A stretch of 64,000 nt of DNA from Octopus vulgaris (GCA_951406725.2 OX597818.1:98828001-98892000); one strand, 5' to 3'; shown: positions 25,529 to 40,597, counted from the first letter of the stretch. The notes: a model not told the origin generated them from the sequence alone. Translations and numbers: made by a program.

Positions 25529-25811
25529 GAGTGAGAGAGCAGTTCATGCCATCAAAGTGACACTGGGGTAAAATATACGAAGCCCAATATACCCATCATG
25601 ACTACCCGTCTGATAAAGGTACACCAGGCACATGCATCACAACCATATGTGCGCGACATGGTGATCTCATATCAAGATAAACAGCACATGACCTTGCAGG
25701 TGGGGCCCAGTTAGAATTTTCTTCAGGTTGAGTAGCCCATCCTGCTCAAACGGTCCCTGAATAAGGGTTGTTTAAGGATGTTGAAAGAACCACCCATGTT
25801 TCCAGAGGTGA

Positions 25812-25815
<4 letters not shown>
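25529..25815. mobile_element. repeat family D (partial) in (ATT)n
   Basis: Homologous to 7544-7830. Confidence 0.8.
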
Positions 25816-25855
<40 letters not shown>

Positions 25856-25884
25856 TACTACTATTATTAATACTATTATTATTA

Positions 25885-26097
25885 AGGCGGTGAGCAGGCA
25901 GAATCGTTAGCACGCCAGGCAAAATGCTTAGTGGTATTTTGTCTGTTGCTATGTTCTGAGTTCAAATTCCGCCGATGTTGACTTTGCCTTTCATCCTTTC
26001 TAGGTCCTTAAAAATAAGTACCGGCTGAGTACTGGGATCGAGGTAATTGATTTATCGCCTCACCCAAATTTCAGGCATTGTGCCTATATTAGAAAAG

Positions 26098-26098
<1 letters not shown>
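25885..26098 (+). mobile_element. SINE family A
   Basis: Diverged family A copy between (ATT)n arrays. Confidence 0.8.
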
Positions 26099-26190
<92 letters not shown>

Positions 26191-26227
26191 GTTATTATTA
26201 TTGTTGTTGTTGTCATTGTTATTGTTG

Positions 26228-26313
<86 letters not shown>

Positions 26314-26445
26314 GTCATTATTATTCAAAACAATTCGACTCGGTCTCATGCAGCTTAAAGTTTCGTAGGGTCGTCACTGAAACCTATAATAATATATGTT
26401 ACTCCTATACATGTGTTGAGTGCCTCTTTCTTTCGTTTGTTCATA

Positions 26446-26486
<41 letters not shown>

Positions 26487-26802
26487 CTTAATGTAGTGGT
26501 TAGGGCATTCGGCTACTGATTGTAAGGTCGTGAGTTCAATATTCACTTTATTTCACGTTGCTCCAGTCCACTCAGCTGGCAAAAAATGAGTTGTACCTGT
26601 ATTTCAAAGGGCCAGCCTTGTCACACTCTGTGTCACGCTGAGTCTCCCTGAAAACTACGTTAGTTGTACGCGTGTCTGTGGATTGCTCAGTTACTTGCAA
26701 GTTAATTTCACGAGCAAGCTGTTCCGTTGATCGTATCAGCTGGGACCCTCGTCGTCGCAACCGACAGGATGCTCTCTCTGTCTGTCTGTCTGTCTCTTTC
26801 TC

Positions 26803-26883
<81 letters not shown>

Positions 26884-27289
26884 ATTGGATCATCCCATAC
26901 GTGATGGCTATCTATTCGTTGGACAAGCTTAACCATCGCAGATAGGCTGACTTATAACTGACTGTTCTTACAAACGTGAGGTCGACAATGATTCATGAAG
27001 CGGCATCAAACTTACAGATTTTGCTGCAAAGAGTGCAAACTAAATCCGAGTTTTCGATCTGATGGTCAGGCATCACAGATGGAGGATCATTATAAGTTTT
27101 CAAATTTCTTTTGAGTTTACAGCGGTTCTTGCAGACTTCGCTGCATACATCAATAGGTCACTTTGTCTGCAGTAACGAACTGATCATAATCTATTGGCGA
27201 CTCAACTATATGTCTCGTTAGGTGACTTTGAACTCCTGCGCTTGACAAGCATATTCGGCCACATTCGTGGCAAAGGGAGGAATAGCTAA

Positions 27290-27800
27290 GTATTCAGGCT
27301 AAATTTGACGATTAGCATACAAGAAAAAGAAAATGCTAGCCAGCAGCTCGACGTGAGTGTTGTGGCTAGAGCGATTGGTGTCTTTCTCAACCGCTTCCCA
27401 CACATAGTAATTCATTGAATTACGATTGGAGGAAATTAGGATGTTGGAAATTGGGGCTGGCGAAGTCAGGAGATGTGGCAAGATGCAAGATGCCGAATTT
27501 TGCTGCCACGCATAAGGTCTTTCAGTAGTAACCTTTTCCAGCCACAGATTGACCACTGTCTCCGGCAGCTTCCAAGAACCATCTGAGCAGAGTCTAAAGT
27601 CTTGTGCAAAGATGTGGAATAGAATTCCGTTGTGCAGACACAGTCAGAATGTCTGCTGTGTCCCTTCATGCTGGTCATATCTTCGTAATCTCCGTTGCAA
27701 CCGTTTCTGTCACATCTTACAGCCGTTACATTGTTCACAGAACATTGAGCCGCAGTCATGATGTCGCCATTTTGATAACCGGCGTGTTTCATCATGAGAG
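27290..27800 (-). mobile_element. internally deleted Tc1/mariner-superfamily (DD37D-like) transposase remnant
   Basis: RPYAWQQNSA and NSMNYYVWEAVEKDTN resemble WQQDxA and NPxDYxVW. Confidence 0.65.
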
Positions 27801-28287
27801 AGATATTTCTTCATCAGTTATTCCGACCCTTGCTAGTGCTCTATGTAACCTAACTTTTTCTCAACTATAGATGTAATCTCTATGTTGTCTCCAGCACCGT
27901 TGACTGTACACCAATACAACGAACTGTTCCTCAGGAAAGGAACTCTCTCCATACATACGTACATACATACCATGTCTAGATATGCAACTATATGCACGAG
28001 AATACAAACATAAAGCAAAACATGCATGCATACATACATACATACATACATACATACATACATACATACATACATACATACATACATACATACATACATA
28101 CATACATACATACATACATACATACATAAAAATATACCCTGTTGCTGATGCTGAAATTCCAATGAAAGATCCTTGATTCTAGGTTAGAAACCGGCTCTTT
28201 CTCTATTGGCAAGAAATCTTGAAATAAAACTGAACAATGACATACATACAAACACACATTTAACTATCTATATATTTTCACTTACAG

Positions 28288-29782
28288 AAAACAACTCTAT
28301 GATGGAACAGAGCAGTTTGCCAAAGCCCTTGTCAAGCAAGGAATCAAGAAAGGTGATCGAATTGCCCTCTGTGTATCGAACTGTGTTGAGTGGATGGTAT
28401 ATGACAGCGGTATTATGATGGCAGGAGGGTGTTCGGTGAGACTCTGGGCCGGACAAGCTGATTTCTTACCCATGCTAGAAGATTGTGTGGCAGTAATTTT
28501 AGACTCAGACCCAACATTTTACAATTTATTACAGAAAGAGGCAAAGATTTCAGAAGATGGTACTGCAGTTAGTGGAAGTTTCCCAAAACTGCGTTTGGCC
28601 ATTAATGTTTCAAAAACAAAATCACCAATTAAAGGTCTAAGTCTTCAAAAGATGATAGAACAGGTAAAGCAAGATAAAAGTATAACCCTTCCTTTGATGG
28701 AGGCCGAAGATATCACAATTATTTCACAAACATCTGGAACAACAGGAAAACCTAAGCGGGTTACTCATAGCAGCTTTGATATCATTAATGCTTCGGAAGT
28801 TTATTGTAAAGAACTTGGTTTAACTGAAAATGATGGATTTTTCAATGAACGTTATTTTGGTTTTGGTGGGTCATACCCTCTCTCATTTATAGCAACTGGG
28901 CTGAAATATGTCTCTGCAGATATATGTAGCCTAAATGCCCCAAAAGACTTCACCAAACTGAATGAAATCTTGAAAAATGAAGGATGCAAAAAGATCGCTT
29001 TAATGCCATCAGATTTACATTTCTGTCCAGAAAAGGAAAATATGATGGATTTCGTTATGATAGCAGGTGACATGACATCCTTAGATAATATAAAGCGTGG
29101 TTTATCTTGCTCAATATTAATCGATCACTTTATGGCCACCGCTGAAACTCTAATAATTGGACATAAGAGTTTCACGAAAGACAACGTTGATAGTTATGTT
29201 CCTGGAATAATTGGCCGACCATTTCCAGATGTGGAAGTAAAACTTGTGGATGATAATAACACAATTGTCGACATCGGCGAAGAAGGTTATTTATGTGTGC
29301 GAGCTGTATGGTGCTCAAAAGTGACTGCTGACGGAGAATCAATTCTAGACAAAGGATGGTTTAAGACAACAGATATTTGTAAAATGACTGAGGATAAAGA
29401 AATAATTTTGTACGGCAAAGACGTTGACTTCATTACAAAGTCAGCTAGAAGAGTATCAAGTAGATTTGTTGAGAAACATGTATCAGGTTCTCCAGATGTT
29501 GACGATGTCGTCGTTGTCCCGATTCCAGATGAAGTACACGGATCGAAAATTTGTGCTTGTGTCATTATGAAAAATGGGAAAACATTTGATGAGAAATCCA
29601 TTTTTCAATTCTGCCACGAAAACATGCCTCAGCCAAATAACTTTGACAACATTTCATCTACTCCAGATTATTTTCTAGAGTTTAAAAAATTTCCTAAACT
29701 AGGAAATGGAAAAGTTGATAGATGTTTAATGAAAACCACGGCAATTGCACGTTTAATCAAAAAATCAAAGCATTTTTGTTAG
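28288..29782 (+). CDS. ANL/acyl-CoA synthetase-like paralog 2, coding exon 2 (546 aa spliced)
   Basis: Acceptor cttacag at 28287 with in-frame join; same motifs as paralog 1; stop TAG. Confidence 0.93.
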
Positions 29783-30075
29783 AAAGCCGGAGAAAAAATG
29801 CCCAATAAAATGAAGAGCATAGATTTCGATTTCACTAGTTTCATATATTTTGGTTATAAAGGAATTCGAAGGAAATAAAATCTACATTCAATCAAGAATA
29901 AATACTAACAACCGTATTAAACCACCACTATGTTTCACTCTAATTAATGTAAGCGAACTTACCTCATAAATTGTTACATCACATTTTCTTTAAATTTAAT
30001 TTTTGCCTTTATCGTAGTTATCATTTATAACCAAATTCAGAGTAAATGATTTATTGTATTTTTTCTTCCTTTATG

Positions 30076-30081
30076 AATAAA
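30076..30081 (+). terminator. putative poly(A) signal, paralog 2
   Basis: AATAAA in the conserved context. Confidence 0.55.
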
Positions 30082-30757
30082 ACTATTCAGTCTGATATTG
30101 CATTGTGTCGTTTTATAAATTGTAAAATAATAAAACCGAAACATATTGCTAACAACTTAACAGCTGGAATCTTATAAATACAAATGTCATCTTTATTTTA
30201 AATATTATTGCACAGCGTCATTATTAGAGAAATGCATGAAAACATCTGAATTGTTAATGCAACAGTGTTAATTAGATAATCTCCCGAACACTAAGCTAGT
30301 ATTAATAATTTATGATAATAAGCACAATAAATATTTGTAACTCTTATGATTAAACTAGACATTGATCAGACAACTGAAAAATCCTGGAACTTGCCAAATA
30401 TTTTGTAGGCAGTTATAATTCTTCTAGATATAAATTAGGATTCTGAGCCGATGTAATCTCAACTGCTGTGTTTCATCTTTTAGATGCTACAATTAATTGG
30501 TCATCACAAAACTTCCTTTAAACTGCAAACGTACCAAAATTGATGCAATTTATTTTAAATACATTTTATATGTACATCCAACATTAAAAGTGAGCTTTTC
30601 GGATATGTTTCTTTCTTAATAACACTGCTATAACAACACAACTCTTCCTTAAAAGCCACAAGTCCTTCTTTGAGCTGGAGACCATATACTGACATAGAAA
30701 TTAGAAATATTTTTAGTCGCATCAGTTCTTTAAAAGCCACACCAAGTAAATCTTTTA

Positions 30758-30857
30758 NNNNNNNNNNNNNNNNNNNNNNNNNNNNNNNNNNNNNNNNNNN
30801 NNNNNNNNNNNNNNNNNNNNNNNNNNNNNNNNNNNNNNNNNNNNNNNNNNNNNNNNN
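30758..30857. other. assembly gap (100 N)
   Basis: Run of n. Confidence 1.
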
Positions 30858-31254
30858 ACTAGAAACAATGTACTGGCAAAAACAAAATAACAAAAATAGC
30901 ATATTATTCACATGGCTTAGTCGTTTACTCCTGTATACAATAAATATGCTAATACCTCGTAAACTATTGTTTTATTTTAGATAATATCTCTGAATCATTT
31001 TATTGTTACACCTATCTCACACTTGCCCCACAAAACAATAGTGTAAGACCTGGAGAAAGATTTCTAATCGAAAAGAACAAACCATCACAAATATGTTAGC
31101 TATATAAAACAGTTTAACCTATAGAGCGTTAGAGCAACTACATCAAGAAATGGGATTTTGAAATATGTAAATTAATGATAAGTTTAGAAGAAATTTTAAA
31201 TAACATGCCACATCAACAGAGAATAATGGTTTCAAAGTTTGCCACAAGGGTAGC

Positions 31255-31942
31255 AATTTTGGGGAAGGGAATGAGACGATTATATCGACTCTACTGCTCA
31301 AGTGGTACTTATTTCATCGATCCCGAAATGATGAAAGGCAAAGTCGACCTCGGCGGAATTTGAAATCATGACGTAAAAACGGACGAAATACCGCTTAGAA
31401 TTTTGCCCCATGTGCTAACGATTCTGCCAGCAGCTCGCCACCTTAAACACGAACGCATAAGCATAACAATTCTTTCAACGAAATGCAAAATGCCTGAAGT
31501 ATTGGGGAGGGAATTAATCGATTATGTCGATCTCAGTGCTCAAATGGTGCTTATTTTATCGACTCCAAAAATGCAGCCTCGGAGGAATTTGAAATCAGAA
31601 CACATTTTTCCGACGTGCTAACGCTTGTACCAGCACACCCGCTAAACATTTTTAATGAAAAATAATATATGTGCGTGTGAATAATACAATATTATATATA
31701 ATGTAATAATAATAATGATAATAATATTCCTTTCTACTATAGGCACAAGCCTGAAATTTTAGGGAGTGGTTAAGTCGATTACATCGACCCCAGAGTTTTA
31801 CTGGTAGGTAACTAATTTATGGACCCTGAAGGATGGAAGGCAAAGTCGACCTCGGCTGAATTTGAATGCAAAACGTAGAGACGGACGAAATGCCGCTAAG
31901 CCTCTTGTCCGGAGTACTAATGATTCTGCCAGCTCGTCGCCT
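31255..31942 (-). mobile_element. cluster of diverged SINE family A copies
   Basis: Three related copies (~31255-31442, ~31490-31630, ~31728-31942). Confidence 0.75.
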
Positions 31943-31984
31943 TGGAGAGAGGTGGGGAGGAGTCGATTACATCGACCCTAGCGC

Positions 31985-33920
31985 CTCGTTGCAAAGAAAG
32001 CAAAGATTGTAAGATACGACCAAAGAATGAAGGGTTGCCACCAGAATAGGCTATTCAGGGTAGATCAGAAGATATTCTATAAAGAAAAAAATGGAGAGTG
32101 TACAGATGAAAAGTTGATATCAGATAACATTGAAAGTCAAAGGTTTTGGAGTGACATCTGGAGCAAAGACAAGGAGCACAAGAAGGATGCTGAATGGTTG
32201 CAAGAACTGAAACAAACAGTAGTCGGTCCAAAACAGGCAGAACTAGTCATTTCAGGTAGAGAAGTGAAGGAAATCATCAAAGAAATGAGCAACTGGAAGG
32301 CCCCGGGACCAGTTGGAGTTCAAGGCTACTGCATCAAAGGATTTGGTGAATGTCATGCACGAATAGCTGCGCAACGCAACACCTTGTTAAATGCCGACCA
32401 AGTTACACCAGAGTGGTTGACATTGGGTAGGACAGTGTTGTGCCTGAAAAACATCGAAAAGGGTAATACAGTAGACAATTATAGGCCAATATCCTGTTTG
32501 CCACTTATGTGGAAGGGTTGCAAGCCTAAATGCAGAGGTACCAAGGATCAATTCCTGATAGACACAACTATACTTAGAGACTGCAAAAAGAGGAAAAGTA
32601 ACTTATCCATGTCATGGATTGACTATCGTAAGGTGTACGATATGATCCCACATTCTTGGATTATGGAGTGTATGAACCTATTTGGTATTGCATTGAATGT
32701 TGAGTGATTGCTTGGAAAAAGTATGGTGAATTGGAGTCCGGACCTGATAGCATACGGAATAAGTTTAGGGATAGTAAAAATTAGGAGGGGCATCTTCAAA
32801 TGGGACTACCTGCCCCCCCCCCCCCCCTGATATTTGTACTGTGCTTGATACCACTAACACTGGTTCTGAGGAAAGCAAAAGCTGGTATGTATTCAAAAGC
32901 CGTCAACAAAAAGTCAATCATTTGTTATTCATGGATGACCTCAAACTTTATGGTAAAGATGAAGCCCAAATCAGTTCCTTCGTTGATACTGTGTGTCTTC
33001 AGTGCAGATATCAGAATGGAGTTCGGACTTAGAAAGTGTGGTGTGTTAGTCTTGAAGAGAGGCAAAATCAAATGTATGCACGGGCAAACGATACTGTCGG
33101 GGAGGTTATCAAACAGATAGAAGAGACGGGCTATAAATACTTAGGGATTTTGGAAATAGATAAATTGATGGCGAAAGAATTGACAGAAAAATTTAAGGTG
33201 GTGTACTTATGCAGACTGAGACTGATCCTTAAGTTGAAATTAGATGGACGGAATAGGATCGAAGCTATCAATACCTGGGCGGTTTCACTCTTTAGATATG
33301 GAGCAGAGGTGATCGCATGGATAGTAGATGAACTAAACAGCTTAGACAGAAAGACAAGGAAGTTGCTAACTAGATATGGGTTACTCCACCCAAAAAGTGA
33401 CACAGACAGTCTGTATGTACCAAGAAAAAGAGGGGGAATAGGAGTTATTGGATGCGAACACAGCATCAGAACAGAAGAAAACAACATAACATGGTATGTA
33501 AAAAATGCCACGTAACCGCTATTATTAGAAGTAAGAAGGTCAGGCATGTGTAGGATAAGAGGTTGCAAAGATAAAGCACTATACAAGTTTTTGAAAACGA
33601 ATGAAACTGAAAATAGGTGGGTAAGGAAATTTCATAGGGATGTTGAAGATAAGACTGACAAAGAAAAAAGATGGCTGTTGATAACTAAAAGGGATTTAAA
33701 ACTGGAAACGAAGGCTCTAATCTGTGCTGCCCAAGAGCAAGCACTAAGAGCAAACTACATAAAATACAGAATAGACAACACAGCAGAAAGTGATAAGTGC
33801 AGAATCTGTGGACAAAACGGTGAAACCGTATGGCATATTACCAGCCAATGTACGCCACTAGCCCAGAAGGAATATGAGAGACACCACGACAATATAGCCA
33901 GGCTTGTCCATTGGACACTC
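31985..33920 (+). mobile_element. Dong/R4-clade non-LTR retrotransposon, decayed
   Basis: RT motifs (WKAPGPVG, NYRPISCL, WIDYRKVYD, LFMDDLKLY, YKYLG), CCHC knuckle CRICGQNGETVWHITSQC, RHHD; frameshifted. Confidence 0.9.
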
Positions 33921-33924
33921 TGGA

Positions 33925-34274
33925 TAGCCATATGTTGAGAGGAATTCTTTGGTGTTTGGATTATTCACCTCTGGAAACATGGGTGATTCATTCAACATCC
34001 TTAAACGACCCTTATTCAGGAACCTTTTGAGCGGGATGGGCTACCGTAACCCTGAAGGAAATTCTTACTAGATCTCCACCTGCAAGGTCATGCGCTGTTT
34101 ATTTTGATATAAAGTCACCATGTCGCGTACAAATGGTTATAATGCGTGTGTCTGGTATATCCTCATCGGACGGGTAGTCATGATGGATATACTGGGCTTC
34201 GTATAGTTTATCCCAGCGTCACTTTGATGGCATGCACTACTCACTCACTCAATAATGATGATGATGATGATGAA

Positions 34275-34335
<61 letters not shown>

Positions 34336-34795
34336 GATGGGCTACAGCAAATATTCTGCTCAATACCACAGATTTGCTTGTCAGTTGTTTGACCTTAAAC
34401 AAATACATGTCCCTTAGTGGCTGACGATATGTGCATCTCTGATCACGAGCAGAAGTAGTTGGGGAGCATCATAGCCATGTGTTGAGAAGGATTCTTTGGG
34501 GTTTGAATAATTCACCTCTGGAAACATGGGTGTTTCGTTCAACGTCCTTAAACAACCCTTATTCGGGGACCTTTTGAGCGGGATGGGTTACTCGATCTGA
34601 AGAAAATTCTAACTGGGCTCCACCTGCAAGGTCATGTGCTGTTTATCTTGATATGAGATCACCATGTCGCGCACATATGGTTGTGATGCATGTGCCTGGT
34701 GTACCCTTATCAGACGGGTAGTCATGATGGGTATACTGGGCTTCGTATATTTTACCCCAGTGTCACTTTGATGGCATGCTCTGCTCGCTCCCTCA
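33925..34795. mobile_element. two copies of repeat family D
   Basis: Reverse-complement homologs of 7544-8090, each ending in (AAT)n. Confidence 0.8.
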
Positions 34796-35713
<918 letters not shown>

Positions 35714-36135
35714 GGCCAACAGACCAGATATAGTTGTCAGAGACCATGAAGAAAAAAAATGCTTTCTAATTGATGTATCAATACTGGCTGATGACAACGT
35801 GTCTCTAAAAGAAATGGAGAAACTCTCAAAATACAAAGACCTGGAAATAGAGATAACTAGAATGTGGAATCTGAAAACAGAAACAATTCCTATCATAGTA
35901 GGTGCATTAGGCATGATAAAAAATATTCAGACAAATACATAACAAAAACACCAGGACTTACAAACACATATAACATACAGAAAATTGCACTACTAGGCAC
36001 TGCACACATCCTACGCAGAACACTTTCCATAAAATAACCATCAGAGCATCACAACAAATCACAGCACATATCCAAGGCACACAGAGCTGCGCTCGGTAGT
36101 GAAGTGAAAGCACGCTATAAAAATAAAACTACATA
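35714..36135 (+). mobile_element. 5'-truncated Dong/R4 3' end
   Basis: RLE motif PDIVVRD..LIDVS..EKLSKY; highly similar to 53845-54250; flanked by (AAT)n. Confidence 0.9.
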
Positions 36136-36152
36136 ATAATAATAATAATAAT

Positions 36153-36268
36153 GAAGAAGAAGAAGAAGAAGAAGAAGAAGAAGAAGAAGAAGAAGAAGAA
36201 GAAGAAGAAGAAGAAGAAGAAGAAGAAGAAGAAGAAGAAGAAGAAGAAGAAGAAGAAGAAGAAGAAGA
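36153..36268. repeat. (GAA)n microsatellite
   Basis: Seen directly. Confidence 0.98.
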
Positions 36269-36671
36269 AAGAGCAACAGCAACAACAAATAGGAGAGTGA
36301 AAGGAACATCTGGGGGAAAAGAACCACTCAGCCCGTATCTCGGACAAATGCAAGACCTTGCATTAGAGGGATCTTGGTTATGGCTGAAGAATAGGGTATT
36401 TAAGAAAGAAACAGGATTCACAATGGCTTAAAGCCTATCATTGCGACCAGATATGCAGAGTATGTGATGAGAAAGAATAATCCGTTTTGCACTTATCAAA
36501 TTTCTGTTGTCCTTTGTCACAGAATTTAGACACAGACACCCCAGTGTGGCCATGGCACTACACTGAGATATATTACGGCAAAAATTTTGAAGTAGGAAGA
36601 AAATAGTACCAGCATCAACGAAAAAGTGTAATTGAGAATGATAAGTATAAGGTCTTATGAACTTTAATATC

Positions 36672-37040
36672 ACCTTGATCACCTTGACCGACCAGTACGT
36701 CGGGCGTCCATTTGACACCGCTGGTCACAGCACGCTGTCCACTCCTCTCTGGATCGCGCCTTTCTCATCCACGTGATCCCAATCGTCCTCCTGAAATCGT
36801 AACTCCACCGTCGTGGAGGCCTTCCGGATGGTCGTTTCCGCTCGCGCGGGTACCACTCGATAGCTACGCGGGTCCACCGATTATCGGTGAGCCGGGCGAC
36901 GTGTCCAGCCCATCTAAACTTGCTGCGTGTATACTCTGCGATGACATCCCTCACGTCGAACTTCTTTCTGATGATCTCGCTACTGATGTGCCCTCTCAAC
37001 GAGATACCAAGCATTGACCTTTCCATGGCTCTTTGGTAGT
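36672..37040 (-). mobile_element. RTE-clade LINE 3' end inserted in a Dong/R4-like fragment
   Basis: QRAMERSMLGISL..RWAGHVARLTDNRWT..WYPRERKRPSGRPPRRW is a typical RTE C-terminus; short tandem tail. Confidence 0.85.
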
Positions 37041-37329
37041 GAAACATGGGCTACCACAAAGAGAGAAGATGAACTTTAATATACTACGGCAAAAATTTTG
37101 AAGTAGGAAGAAAATGGTACCAGCATCAACGAGAAAGTGTAATTGAGAATGATAAGTATAAGGTCTTATGTACTTTAATATACGGACTGAATACGAACTT
37201 CATGCAAGGCGACCAGATATCATCGTTCTGGACAAGGGGAAAAAGTAGTGCATAAGAAAATATCAGGATTTGGTTAGGGAAATTCGGCGACTCTGGCGGG
37301 ATTTCCCAAAACTAATAGGTGCTCTAGAA

Positions 37330-39260
37330 ACCGATACCATCCACACCAGACTCATCCACCTTTCAACAAAAATACCGGAACTTGAAAAGTCGATGCCGGC
37401 TTTCAACCTCGTCCACCATACTACTACCGGTTTCATCACAGCCACCAATCTGCTTTCCTTTCAACCTCGTCCTCCACATTACCTCTTTCGTCATAGCCAC
37501 CAAACTGGAAAGCTGCTTTCCCTTACCGGCCGAAAGACGGCGACAAGGCGATCTTCACAATGGACTCAGCTGATAACCGAATCCGTCCGGCACGCCTCAA
37601 CAGCAGTACGACAAAGCTCCCCACGCCAGCAATGTCAGGAGCCTGGATGAGTGCATACAGGACGGTTTGATCATCCTGTGGGTCCGTCTTACAGCACAAC
37701 CGGGCCTATAGAGCTTGTGTTGAACTGGTAAAGCTCCCCGGTAACACTGTCATGCCAGAGATTTCTGGAAATTATCTATGGGTCTCGGCCCGAAAGGGCT
37801 CTCTAAAAGACCAGCTAATTGTTCTCTTCGACGCCCAGAATTTCCCCGAGGACGTCGTCGCTCTTGCTCGCCATTAATCCCCTATAGAACTCCAATGTGG
37901 AACATCCACCGACCACATTGCTCGACTGGTAGAGGGCTGTGAGCGCTTGGCGACACTTCAGGTGCCAGGCACCATTTCTCGACCTGTACTTAATCAAGAA
38001 CTATTTCTCCGTCAATGAGCTGCGAAAAAATCTGTCTGACAAACGGCGACCACACTTGGAAAAGTTGGAGATGTCACAACCTCCAGGCATATCTGCACGT
38101 ATTAGCCACAGCATATTCAATCCTCCATTTAGCGGCTGCTGACGTCATATGGACCGTCTGACGAATAGAACACGTCCCTTCTACACAAAACGGAAGAGCA
38201 AGCGCTCCAGCTTGATCAGCCGCGAAGCAGAAGAAACGATGGCCAGGCGGTAATAGACAAGGGAAGCAGCATATGCATTTGCCAACTCCCACCGACCTTT
38301 CAGGAACAGCTTCCACTCTTCCGCTTTCCGAATGAGACTAATCCTACAGGTCAACTCCCCCCACCGACACGCACCAGTTCTTGTCTACCTGGAGGTCTGG
38401 CCTCGATCATCACCGATCATCCTACATCCCTTCCATTCAGCGCCCTGCAACACTGTAGGATGACATAGACTTTCCTCGCCAAGTGCCAAGCTGCAGGCCA
38501 ACCGACTTCTCTTGGTTAATCTTTGCTCCTTTCACTGCTTCATATTACCATAAAGTAGAGCCGATCACCTCGATTTTTGAGAGGTCCGACACTATTACAG
38601 TGACGTCATCCACATAAGCTGACACGAGCCTTCCGCATCCAAGTTCACGTAGGATGCTCTTGAAACATCCAGTTCCTTAGTAATGGCTCGAAAGCTAGTA
38701 CGTATATAAGGAGTGATAACGGGTATCCTTGACGGACCGAACGTACGATGCTAAACTATTCCGATAGGTGACCATTTACTTTAACCACCGAACAGATATC
38801 CCTGTATATTGTAGCGATCCATCCACTGAAAACGAGCCCGAAATCGACCGACGCGAGTACAGCCTCCAAGTACAAGTGGTCGACACTATCAAAAGTTTTC
38901 GGTCCAAATTTATCAGGTCCACATCCATGCCAAGTTCCTTACCTCTCTATGGTGCAGCGCCTGAGGTGCACGTTGTCGTTCATATATGTATTTGGAATAG
39001 CGCATATGTGCAAATTACTGACCAGCTTAACGACAAGTACCAATCTCTTAGCTTGGCCAAAATCTTATAATCTGCACCCGACAACTTCCGATAGACTAAC
39101 TTGCAAACCCGGTCTCTGAAAGCTTGACGCATCAGAAAAGGCACATTCAGCTTCCAGTTTCCGGGGCCTTGCCTATGGATTCTATCTTGGTCGACCATAC
39201 GGCATGAAAATTTGTGGTCTCTGCAGTCGATGACGTTAAATTGTGGACAACTTATGCTAC
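37330..39260 (-). mobile_element. decayed L1/Tx1-clade LINE ORF2
   Basis: GPGNWKLNVPF, and remnants of SVRQGYPLS and SAYVDDVT. Confidence 0.8.
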
Positions 39261-39369
39261 TTTAAGATGCGTGAAAGAATAGCCGGATAGCTTAATGCAC
39301 TGATCAGCAGGAATGAAGGGATACTTGAGTGGGCAAATATTAGATGAACAGTACTGTGTTTGAAGGATT

Positions 39370-39760
39370 CTCGGGTCTTGCAAATAAAACTAAAGAACAA
39401 ATGGACACGAGGAGAATGTTTCTATACTACAAGCTTTTCTTACAACGGTTCTCTACCGACAAAGTAGAGTGAAATTTCCGTGGGTGGTGCAGTAACCAAC
39501 GTTTCAGACATGCTCCACATTCTTCAGGGTAAAAAAAAAGACAGGAGTGAGCTAAAAGAGTCTTACATCCTATATATTTGAGAAAATGGTTGCTACTGAT
39601 GAGCAGTGCAGGACACCGTGAGCTTCATACGTAGACAGAAAATAGCAAGCAACATAAACTGGATGAGAGAGGGAAAAGGCAGGAGAAATGGAAAATCAGC
39701 CAAATTGTCAAAACATTAATGCTTACAACGTCTTATATTACGAATAATATGTGACAATAG
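39370..39760 (-). mobile_element. Penelope-like terminal fragment with hammerhead-like core
   Basis: Minus strand 39493-39532 reads TTACC-CTGAAGA-atgtGGAgcatgTCT-GAAACGTT-GGTTA. Confidence 0.45.
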
Positions 39761-39813
39761 GAAAAAAATAAGTCAACCGGGCCTTATATTTTCATAGATC
39801 TATAGTGATTCTT

Positions 39814-40075
39814 GTGGAGGCACGTGGCTTAGTGTTAAGGGTGTCAGCACCATGATCGTAAGATTGTGGTTTCGATTCCTGGACCGGGCGACGCGTTGTG
39901 TTCTTGAGCAAAACACTTCATTTCACGTTGCTCCAGTCCACTCAGCTGGCAAAAATGAGTAACGCTGCGAGGGACTGGCGTCCCGTCTAGCTGGGGAACA
40001 CATACGCCATAGAAACCGGGAAACCGGGCCCATGAGCCTGGTTAGGCTTTAAAAGGGCGCATTTATTTTTATTTT
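39814..40075 (+). mobile_element. SINE family B variant with TSD
   Basis: tRNA-like head; flanked by tatagtgat(t/g)ctt. Confidence 0.85.
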
Positions 40076-40597
40076 TATAGTGATGCTTGAAATGGAACGG
40101 TTCTTGTTAATGTGTCGATCAGCATGATGGCAATAAAAAAAAATCCAAATGTTTCTCTGAGGATTTGCAATCTTACCCTCAAAATCGTCTGAAACTCTTT
40201 TGGGGAGGTTTTATGCCGCTGGTTATATGAAATTAAAGATCTCCTGCCCTCGTGCATCGCTTCGAAAAGCCAAAATCTTTCAATACTTCAGCAAAGTATA
40301 ATCTACATCGTATTGCACGACTTTTTAATGAATAATTTTAATACATTAAATTGATTGTGCCGTGTGTTTGTTGTCGTTGTTTTCGGGGGGGGGGGTCGAA
40401 AATATCGATCTGACCGGCTTATCACATAACATGAAAATCATTCGGAGATTTATTTCGCGTCACGGGATTTCACATTAGATTGGGTTAATGAACACGTTGC
40501 TTCTGTAACGCGGAGAATCTTGTATTGCTAGATGGCTAAAATGCTCTTCCAGAATGTAATTGGTATGCATGTACCCATGTGTGTATATGTATATATG

